Translations under genes and position numbers: made by a program | Shown here: positions 23,035 through 41,555 of the stretch, in pieces | Layout: each line of letters starts with the position of its first letter | Position numbering within the stretch: the stretch's first letter is position 1 | Source: Macrostomum lignano | Taxonomy: Eukaryota | Length of the DNA: 64,000 nucleotides | Reading direction: 5' to 3' | NCBI GenBank assembly: GCA_002269645.1 | Contig: NIVC01001655.1 | Location: 186,001 to 250,000 of the forward strand | Notes under the pieces: generated by a model | What the model was told of the DNA's origin: nothing | Databases searched by the model: none | What the model saw: the letters and a program-made list of their open reading frames with translations, nothing else

Positions 23035-26000
23035 CACATGGTGACGCGAATTACGCAAAATTGCACAAAATTACGTGAGAAAATTGAAAAAAATTGGGCA
23101 AGAATTGCGCAATAATTGCACTCAAATTGTTCATTAAGTGCAATAAAATTACACGAAATCACGCTTAAAATTACAATTTAATTGAGCATAAAATTGCAAT
23201 TCAAGAGCTTAGAAATTGCCGTTGGAGTGGCACTTCAGAATATTGATACGCTCGTATTATAGTGCAGGTAAATTTTAAGACTTCCCAAATTTAGCACTCG
23301 ATCTGCAATTTTCATTATATCTGCTCAGAATTGAACCCAGAAAAGTAATTAAGACACTAAAAACCACCGGTGTTATTTCGGAATACATTAAATTTTGCAA
23401 TTTTTCAATAAGATGTTATAATCATTTTTCAATCCAATACATTTCATTGTAATTTTTTATTTCACTTTACTACATATTAAAAAATAAAACTACAAACAGA
23501 TACTAAATATAAACCTTTATGGGCAAAAAACGATGCATAAGATACAAGAAAATACTTGCATAGATTAGTAAAAATTATTATTATTAAAATATTACTATTT
23601 AACTATTTAGAAAAATTATTATTAAACCATTAATAAGCACACTGAACATTGAAACTAATTGAAAAATTCTTTTACATTTGAAGTGCAAAAGCGTTCTAAA
23701 TAAACATAATTTATTAGTTAAATAATATTTTAACTTTCAGGGGTGCTGGCTGCATCAGCATGTTTATCTAAGCAGTTAAAACTTTAAAGATGAAGCCTTT
23801 TACACATCTATGATGAAGCTTTTGGATACTTTTAAGTTCAAAACCTTTCTAGATTCCGAAATGAGACTTTCTAAGAACCCACAGGTAATTATTTTGTAGA
23901 ATTGAATATTTAAAAAAAGATCCCAGATAAAGTTAGGATTCACTTTTCGCTTATTTATAATTTTTTATCGCCTTTCCATGATCTTACTTAGACATTACTT
24001 TTTAAGGCTACCCAACATTGCCAGCCTGAAGCTCGTTAGAGCTTCCAGAAGTCAATTACAGTGATTACCTTGCAGTGATTTAGTGATTGCTTATTTAATG
24101 TTATTCCTATAGGCTATAACTGATACTTAATGGTTTCCAGTATTGTCTTTCTTACGCTTGCCAGAAATGTCACGAAACATTTGATTTAACGATGCTCGCA
24201 CAGATCTCCAGTTGTAGGCTGCAAACCATTCGGACAAAACAGCTCAAAGCTCCTCGACAGATTGCTCGTCCATCGCAATGCGCTCCGTTAAGCCATTCAG
24301 CTCAATAATTGCAGAAATGCAATACTCCTCACCGAAGCGTCAAAGAACGTACTTTATGTACATTGGAGTTTATGTACATTGGCCCGCTATGAGAATTCGA
24401 TTTAGGAAACTATAGAAGCACAAACTCGAAAGGCAATGGTTGGTCAAATTTGTCTGCAGCATGCCTTCGCTTTTGTGTGTTCATTTCTTGGCATGAAGAG
24501 AAACACAATTGAGTATTGAGTTGAAGTTGCACTGCTTTATAATTATAAAAGAGTATTATATTATAAATAATAATTATAAAATAATGATATAATTAATAAT
24601 TATAAAATAATTATATAATTAATAATTATAAAATAATTATAAAATTAATAATTATAAAATAATTATAATAGATTATAAAAACAAAGTAGCTTTTTGAGCC
24701 ACTTATTTTATTTATTTATATAGATTTCATTTTAGAATTTTGGCATACCATTAATTTGTATATGGAATCATAAAATATTATTTTGAAAACTTGCAACCAA
24801 GATTTTCATAAAACAATCTAGATATAGTGATATGATATATAGTCTAACAGACAATATATCAATAGAAGCCAAAATATTAAATACCTTAAAATAGTAGCTA
24901 ATTAGTAAACAGAAGCTATACAAATGATTATACGCTCATAGCTAGGCCTAGTCATTAAGTCATTGATTAAGTTAGTAATCTAGTATATACCTACTTACTC
25001 AACTATCTTTTGCATATATTATGCTGTACCATTTAATAACCTGATAAGCTTCAGTTTGACTTTTAGACAATACATCAATTAATTTAATTAGAAAAAAGTA
25101 AATGTTTTTAAAATAGCTATAGGCCTAGCTACTAAGCTACATTAATTAAAAACCTATTTGTAGGCCTAGCTAATTGCCTATTAAACAATGATGTTCAATT
25201 TCATGCTTCACTAATTTAATTTAATGTATAGCTCCTATAAATAGTAGAGCTACTAAAATAATTTTGAATTGAAATACATAATGTAATGACCAATGACAAT
25301 GTAATTACAATTAAAGTATAACTTATTAATACAAAATTTTAGTCTACAAAGTGCCACTGCAGTATTAAAATTAATTGTATGCACTTGCCTGATACTGAGA
25401 GAGCTCTAGTCCTAGATATAAGAAAATGATAGAAAAGTATAATTACATGTATGAAACTAAAAAATAAAGTTCAAATACAGAGTTGACAAAACATTAACAA
25501 TGACATAGTACATAGACAATTGGTAGCTTTTAGTATTTTATAAAAGGAGCTATGAAAAATGAATTGGACAAACTCCAATAATGCTAGCTAGACTAGTCAA
25601 TACTTATTAGTAATAGCTAGCAATAATAGGACTAGAATTAGATAAACTAAAAAACTTTTTTTGAGTTTTACAATCTTAAGTCAAGACTACAAGAGTAAAT
25701 AGCAAGGCTAAGTTCTTGTCATTTACGATAAGTGAAAAGCAAGTGGCATTACTAGCCTTCAATTTCAATTACAATGATAAAAAAAGCTAGTAAAAACAAC
25801 AAAGGAGAAGGCAACAACAACAAGCAAGAGCAAGAAAGCAGCAATACGTCGACCAATATGGAGCAATAAGGCGCGCTGCTTTTTAAATTTAGCAAAGTTG
25901 TTACACTTTTAAACAAAAAATTCCTAAAATGGTAGATACACTTTCTATTGAATATACAAAGCAGATAGATTTCTAAGAAAAATCAATTTTATTTGTTTGT

Positions 26001-26509
26001 AAGAATTTAGAACACTTTAAATTTGTTCAGGGAGTCGTGAAAATGCAGTCATGTAAGTACAACTTATTTTGTGCATATTTGCAGCTTATATAAATCATTT
26101 TATACCTCAATTTCGAAGACTTTGTCTATACTATGCTTCAATATATTGCAATTCATTTTCTGTACTCGTCAGAATCTGCATGTAATCGTTAAAAAATAAT
26201 TTCTTTTGGCAATCTACATGTAATAGATGCGATGTAAATGTACCAGTAGCAAGGATATTTTTTATCTACTACTATACAAGTAATATTTAAAGCATATTTG
26301 AAATTGAAAAAATTGCAATATTCTTTGCAATGCGATTGCAAGAATTTCACTTTCTTGATATGTCTTTAACACTACTTACATAAGCATCTAAAGCGCACAT
26401 GAAAGTTGAGAAAATTGCAAGTTCTATGAGAAAGAAATTGCAATTAAGTCAATTATTGTGAATAAAATTGCAAGTTTCAAATTTTTTCCTCAATTTCGGG
26501 TATCATGTG
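23035..26509. mobile_element. Non-autonomous CACTA/EnSpm(CMC)-like element, ~3.5 kb
   Basis: Imperfect TIR CACATG(G/A)T..CG.AATT, 2-bp AA flanks, and dense AATTGC/AATTAC subterminal repeats at both ends (23040-23220, 26300-26500). Confidence 0.5.
24545..24680. repeat. AT-only minisatellite (ATAATTATAAA-type)
   Basis: Directly visible. Confidence 0.8.
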
Positions 26510-26829
26510 AACTTTAGCCATAGAAAAAAATCAAATAGGTAGACATAGAAAATCGCTAAATTAGTTTAGTACATTATAAATGCACTTCAGCTATAGATTT
26601 CGTCAGGAGTCTGAAGCTCTTGTGCGTTCCATTAGTGATGGGGCGGAGATTCTGGAGCTCTTGTGCGCTAAATTAGTTTAGTGCAATATAGCTTGCACTC
26701 CAGTTATTTATTTCGTTCCTAGAGCAATCGTTAGTGCATACCCAAATTATTTGTTGATGGTTACAGTGCAGTCCTTGAAATTGAAATTAATCGATTGGGC
26801 TGGGCCCATATTATTATTATGAATGACGT

Positions 26830-27981
26830 TCTCCAAACGTTTTTTCGATTTGGACATCTGACGTTTATTTGTAGGATCGCAGTGAAGTTATACTTCGATG
26901 TCCACTGTTCTCTCCATGATGGGTTTTTCATCCACGTCTGTCTGGTACAAACGATTGGCACATTTTGCACGCAGGCTGTGATTTAGTCACTCGACGTCCA
27001 CCGATTCCTGCCTTGGTGCCCATTTCACTCATGAATCCGCAAAACGTGTTTTTGCCGTCTATGGGTTTTTCAGTCGGTATTACACTTGAATCCCGAGAGC
27101 CTATTTCCATCAGCCTAGTGCAGCTACAATAGATCTTGGTCTAAGATAAAATTTTATGTCATGATGGTCAGTCGGAAAATGTGATGTCCATGTCCATGTC
27201 TTGTTTTTTGTTAATTTTCTATGGTACTTGCATTCCGACCAGTTGCTCATAGTTTCAGAGTAGTGACAGTTGAGAAAACTTTCAAAGAATATTTTAAAGA
27301 CATTGGATATTGTCATAATTTTTAGGGCATGCCTGCATTTTCAGGCCATCAATGTGGCAATTCTTGTCTCGAATGGTCTATGACATTTTTATTTCAGTAG
27401 ACGGAACACAAACAAGCAACAGAACAAAACATGCGCATACAATGTGTTTTTAAAGACAAGTTAGTCAACAGTTAGTCAATTGAGTTGCCGTTAATGCGCC
27501 AATCGTCCATTGTTCATCGTTCATTATCAGACATTGGGTCCGCTAGTTGTTCAGGCCTTTAAAATCAAACGTAAAATTTTGAAATGGGCCAGAAAAATTG
27601 ACACTGGTTTAGACAGAAGAAGCGATGCAGTACTGCTCGAATGCAGATCAGACTTGCTAGAGCATAGTACAGATTGTCCTTTGTTCTCGGTCTCAATAGA
27701 AGAAGAGCAAATAATTAGCCAAAATAGGCTTTGGAATTAGTAATAGATAAGTTGACAGCTTGTTATCTTCCAGAAATCTCTTAAAAACGGTTTATATTGT
27801 CCTCCATCTGCCGAACAGAAGAATCGCGTATACCATCGCGTTCATTTAGGTCTTCAATCACGTCGTCTGGAATGTCGAGAATCTCTTCTGATTCGATCTT
27901 GTCCGGGAATTCCTTGCTCAATTCCTCCAAATACCGCCTGTTTGACTCCGCTGAAATCCAGGCCAGCTCTTCGGTCGACAT
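26830..27981 (-). mobile_element. Decayed Crypton tyrosine-recombinase (DUF3504-type) transposon gene
   Basis: After frameshift repair the N-part reads LANYLLFFY..LR..KDNLYYALASLICIRAVLHRF. The C-part reads GKNTFCGFMSEMGTKAGIGGRRVTNHSLRAKCANRLYQTDVDEKPIMERTGHRSITSLRSYK, containing HxxR (26969-26980), GH and the catalytic Tyr. Confidence 0.85.
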
Positions 27982-28209
27982 ACCAGATACAACTTATCCA
28001 GGCAAATTTGAACAATTGATTAAGTGATTGATCATGTTTGAAGCATGGTGAGAGCATGCGAACAAATTAAAATTTATCCTGACATTCTTTTTCCTTTTAC
28101 AGTGAATCTAAGCCCATAAATACCTATGCCTATATGTCTATGGTACTAAAATTGACAAATGAGGAGAAAGAATGGCCATAGACACTTAAAACTTCTTGTA
28201 TGTTACAAC

Positions 28210-28794
28210 CAAGGACCACTAGAAGAAGAAGGACGGCGGGACACTTCGTTTCTTGGAAAATTTATTAAAGGCTAATTTTCACGGAAAAATGCACTAGCGA
28301 GATAGGAACTTTTCACTTTTTTCACTTTAAAATTGTGATAGCTTTTTATTGGAAGCAGATACAAAGCTCTTCTTTTGATATAACTTACAAGAAATGTTGC
28401 TTTAACAGATTTTATAAAGATTTTTTAACAATTAATTGATCTTCATATTATTTTAGTTACTAGCTATATCATGTAGCAATTATAGTTTAAAGCTAACTAG
28501 TGACTAACTTGAATTTTACAACATCTTTTTAATCGAATGCATCTATTTATTAGCAATATATCATTAAAAAACAGTTGGCTATAATTATATGCATAGCTAG
28601 TATAGCTAAGGTATAGCTACATAATTAAATGCTTATTTTAGCTATATGAAAAGTATAAAACTAAAATGAATAAGCAGTGAATTGGGCATATAATTATAGC
28701 CAGCTATCTCGCAAGTGCATTTTCCGTGAAAATCAGCCTTTATAAATTTTCCAAGAAACGAAGTGTCCCGTCCTTCTTCTTCTAGTGGTCCTTG
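28210..28794. mobile_element. hAT-type MITE/foldback, 585 bp, ~95-bp TIRs
   Basis: Termini CAAGGACCACTAGAAGAAG.../...CTTCTTCTAGTGGTCCTTG with 8-bp TSD GTTACAAC (28202-28209, 28795-28802). Confidence 0.9.
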
Positions 28795-29400
28795 GTTACA
28801 ACACAGAGCCCGGAATTTTCGACATTGACGCCCGGACTTTTCTCACATTATGACAATATTATAAACATTAATTACTTTTGCTATATAATGTTATATTCTA
28901 CATGTAAATCCACTGAATATTATAGACACTGAGTGTTCTAAAGACACGGAATATTCTATAGACACTGAATATTCTAAAAATATGAACAAATTCTTCGCAA
29001 TTTGTAATAAGATCGAAGTACGAAGCATATGTAATTAAGATCCTAAATTTCAATATCAAGGAGGTTTAATAAAATTGAAGAAATAATTTCATTCCAAATT
29101 TACATTAAAAATTTGAATTTACTTGACGTACATGTAGCTATTTCTTAAAAAGCAGTGGTTTGGGCAACTTACTGCAGAAACAAATGGATGAGGTTACAAG
29201 AAAAATTTAACGATTTTTGTGTGTGAGAGAGAGAGAGAGAGAGCAATATTTGGTGGGGTGATTGCAGCGGCCGGGGCGGGGCGCCACCGTGTAAAAAAAA
29301 TAGAAAACTTTTTTGTCTCGCCAATTCTTTTTGCTTGGGTTTTCCAGGATTTTTCAGCATAGTGTCCTTTCACATCATCCGGCCATTGTCCGTGCACTGC

Positions 29401-37509
<8,109 letters not shown>

Positions 37510-38084
37510 AATAACCAAAAAGTTATTTCAGAGTTGAAGCTTGAGCACAGTGTCACAGCTTTATTTACTTGAGTTGTTTTTGTGGTATTTTTTATGGTAT
37601 TACCAATTGAGCAAACAATCCACCCCTGTGATCAGACCGTTTGCCCGTCTGTCTGAGAGTTTTATTTCGCCGCGTCGAGCTGTTGTGACGTAAAGGCTAA
37701 ATTTACCACTCGAATTAAATGCCGTCTCAACACATGCTGCTATGTATATGCACAGCTTGGCCTAGCAGTGTTTGCCTATTTCTACCAAGTGCTGCTTCGA
37801 TTTTTTATTCATCTGAGCTGATAACGCGAGCTGTAGGCAAAAAAAGCAAGCAAAGGATTTTTCTCTCGCCGCTGATAAAACAGCATTTGTTATCGGCTGC
37901 ACTAAGAAACAGCCGCCGTAGCTAGCCGAGCAATTTACATGCAGTTGGCATGCATGTAACATGAGCTTTAACTGTTCGTCTAAATCGTCGGGTATCGTAG
38001 CTTTTCAAGTAACTTACTGCAACTTTTCTGCCCCCCCCCCCCAGCAAGGGAGATTAGTACAAATCAGAGTGTGTGCACTTGACT

Positions 38085-38990
38085 TACTTAACTTACTGAC
38101 TTAGGTACAGGGGGCTCCGTGCATCCGGATTCAGCGAGGAGGCGTTGCCGCCCATTCGGTTAACCTCTGGCAACCACGGGCAGCTGGTGCTGCGGTGTCG
38201 TGAAGAGAGATCCGGTGGTGCCGGTGTCCGTAGCGCGGTCCCCCTCTGGAGATTCCAGAAGGTGGAGTGGATGGTCGCTAGCCCGGTAGCCCGGTAGACG
38301 AGCTGGTAACTTAGATTCTCAGGCCTGAAAATGTCGGAGAGGTCCGGGTTTGGGCCGAGATAGGTGAGCCTGTCCTGAGTAAAAACGGGGCATTCACAGA
38401 TGTAGTGCTCCGCATTCTCGACACCGGAGAGGCAGAATGGGCATTCCGCGCTACGGATATTTCCCTTTTCGCTACCGACTATGGCCTCTTGCCAGGCTTT
38501 TGCCTTGTACCCGAGGGTAATGCTGGCCTTAAAGAGGTTGCAAAGGAGGCTGAGAAACCCGTCATTTTTAACTGCATCATGGAGGAAGGCAGGATAAATG
38601 TTTTCAGGTCCCGGTGACTTGAAGGGAGAGAAGGATTTTGCGGCGCGAGCCGTCCTCTCTCTGGAAATGATGGTCAAAGCCAGGATCAGTCCAGTTGTCC
38701 AGTGGGCCTAGCTGCGGTGCGGTACGTGGGAAAGAGCTCGTAAGCATGATGTCCAGCGATTCCCCGGGGTTCTCAGCGAGCCGGCCATCCGGTCTTTTAA
38801 TGACTGAGAGCTTTGGGGCCGCCACCGGGGCGACATTCTCACTCTCGGCCTGGTTTTCCGAGGGGGGGGGGCGCAGTGGTGACACTAGGCTGGGGGTTGT
38901 TGCGGTTGTTGGCCTTGGCGGTGTCCAGCAGCTGCTTCGCGCGCTGAGTCAGACCAGAGCGGATAGTGTTCAGACAAGGATTTCTCTATA
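38085..38990 (-). mobile_element. Internally deleted non-LTR retrotransposon (R1/I/LOA-like) relic
   Basis: The RT N-terminal motif KSPGPENIYPAFL...AWQEA is fused directly to the C-terminal CPFC..ENAEHYICECP zinc knuckle, followed by a short AGTAAGT-type tail. Confidence 0.7.
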
Positions 38991-39039
38991 ACTAGAACCT
39001 TTTTCTAGAACCTTAGTTCTAGTTATAGAGAAATCCTTG
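38975..39039. mobile_element. 65-bp mini-MITE
   Basis: 24-bp perfect TIR CAAGGATTTCTCTATAACTAGAAC, with GTTCAGA duplicated on both sides. Confidence 0.8.
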
Positions 39040-40400
39040 GTTCAGAGCGGGTTTCCGGCCCTTTCTCCACGTCCGCCTGTTTCTGCAGCTTTCGCGGCTT
39101 TTCCCCTAACGATGTTCACATCCTCGGAGGGGTTTGACGAACGGGGGCTTTTTTTCTAGGTCGTTTCCGCCCTGCATAGCTCCCACTCCCCCACTTACGC
39201 TTCTCCCCCACTTAGCTGAAGGTTTGAATCTGCATCAGCCCCACAGAGATTAAGGACATGTGCGCTTGGGACTTAATCTGTCCGGCTTAGAAAAACCAGA
39301 GACCGAACCAAAGGTCCATCAGCGGGTACTACACTGGGGCCTTGAGGGAGGACAAAAGGCTGTCTTCGGAGCCTGCGAACTGGCCGCATACCCTGCTAAA
39401 GTCAGGGGGTGATACCTGCTCCCCAGAGCCGTGGCCAGAGGTACCTGATACACACAGGTTCACTAACGGGCAGAACTCGCACCCAAAGCGGCCAAGACAG
39501 AAGCCAAAGCCACGGATGGGTTGCCGCCGCCGGAGCCCAGTCAGTCCAGCAGCCCCAGAGCTGCCTTGAACACATGCGGGACTTGAACCCCTAGGTCGGC
39601 TTGTGAGTCCGCTTGTAGCGAGTTCTCCTGCCATTCCTGCAACCAGAATAGAGGGGGTGCAGGTGTGTAGGATCGCAGACCTTAGCTCGTAAGCCTGATC
39701 TGACTAGCTCATGCTACACAGGCGTGCTGAGCCCACCATTGCATGCGAGTGTGTGCGTGCCGAGTGTGCAGAGTGGATGCAGAGTAGTCGCAGAGTATAT
39801 GCAAAAGGCCTGGCAGAGCATGTGTCAGAGAGCAGGAAGAGTGACCATGCACTCTCTAAGTCATCAAATTTTCTGAACAGGAAACGACCTTCAATTCAGC
39901 GGTAGACGCAGAGAGTCAAAGCCACTGTACACTCTGCATGAGCGCGTGCATGAGTACAGTATTCGCGCACTCTTATGTGCTGAGGAGTCAGCCGAAAGGG
40001 CAGAAGAATTTCTCAGCGCAGTCCTGGCAAACGCATGCTATAATAAGGTGATGGTCGCATATAGGTTTGTTTGCATAAATTTAGCCTCTCTGTGCGCATT
40101 GTACGTCCAATGCTAAAAGAGATTCGACGGAGTACGTTTTTGTTCAACTTTTTTCTGCTACTTTGCTCACCTTTTTCTGGGCACTTAATTCACAGGCTGT
40201 GCGTGCTCTGAGAGCGCGGTGGAAACAATAATGCTGCTACATCGTATAGTCGGGTTTACTGGCATCTGGGAATGTCCCGCCAAGTTTGAGAGCAATTTTG
40301 TCAAGCCGTTCGTTCATCTGCCCGAAAAAAGTATTTAAAAAGTTTTTTTCAAGCTTCCACCTGCTACTGCCTATACTACTCCATCTATCAAAGCGCAGAT

Positions 40401-41555
40401 ATGTGCAAAATTACGTGGGCTCAGCTCTTGCTAATTATACTGATTCTTTAATGTGTTACAGTCTGTTTTATTACCCTGCGATCGTGGCATCCAAGCTCAG
40501 ATGGCAAGGTGCAACAGTACCATACGACTGCGAGTGCAGAAGTTACAGCAGAAACTCCGTACAGTGACGACTTCTCCGCCTCATTATCGCGCGTGCTGCA
40601 GCGACAGCGATCAAACAGCTGCTTGTACACGTTCAACTCTAGTCTGCAGTTGCCGTTGCTGCGACTTGACTCCCCGGCCGAACTGGATCAGAAGAATCGA
40701 GTCCAGGCCGCAGCAGCCTGGCTGTGCTCGTCTGTTGACGTCGTGTTCGCCGCCTCGGTGCGCAACGCCATGCGTGGCCTGCCCAGCACGGCCCAGCAGA
40801 TGCAGCGCCTGGCCCAGAGCTTTCGCAGCGCCGCATTTGTCTTCGTAGAGAACGACAGTTCGGACGGGACGCGACACTTCCTAGCCAACTGGCGCCGGAA
40901 CGACTCCCGCGTGCACCTGCTGGGCTGCGGTGGCACGGACGCCCCGTGCCGCATGAACATCAGTTACTCCTCCGGCCGCGCGCACCACCAGGGCTGGTCG
41001 ATGCGGCGCAGTGAAGCGAAGAAAATCGAACGAAGCGTCGTGATGTCCGCCCTGAGGAACATCTACCTGCGATACATTTACCGGCATTTCTACCAGCCTG
41101 ATCGAGAGACGCTGCTGATCGTTGTTGATGCAGATATAACCTTCCATGCCTGGGATCTGGACGCTATCCTGCAGGGCTTACACTACTTTCGTGACAGACC
41201 AACGCTACAGTCCGTGTGCGCCCACACTAGGCACTATATCTACGGCTACGACATGTGTACTCTGGCGTTTCACCCCGACAAGGTCTTCTCCGAGGCCCCC
41301 AAGGAGTCGCCTGTGATTAAGAGCTTCCGCACCAAGTCACCACCGCCTGGCCTCCCTCCCGTGAAGGTATTCGGCTGCTTCCAGGCCGTCACCGCGTACC
41401 GGCTTAGCCACCTTGCCAAGAACCGGATCGAGTACGGACCAGCCCATGGAGAGAGCACCTGCGAGCACCTGACACTGTCGAAGCAGCTGACTGAGAACTA
41501 CCTAGATTTGAACATGAAGCTTTCTGTCTTCAAGCAGAACGAAGGCAACTACTAG
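40401..41555 (+). CDS. Intronless GT-A fold glycosyltransferase (GT2/CAP59-GT69-like), type II membrane protein, in-frame TAA at codon 17
   Basis: MCKITWAQLLLIILIL*CVTVCFITL is in frame with ORF 40509-41555. Motifs are FVFVENDSSDGT, MSALRN, LIVVDAD (DxD), YD, FGCFQAVTAYR and TCEH. AATAAA is at 41606. Confidence 0.65.
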
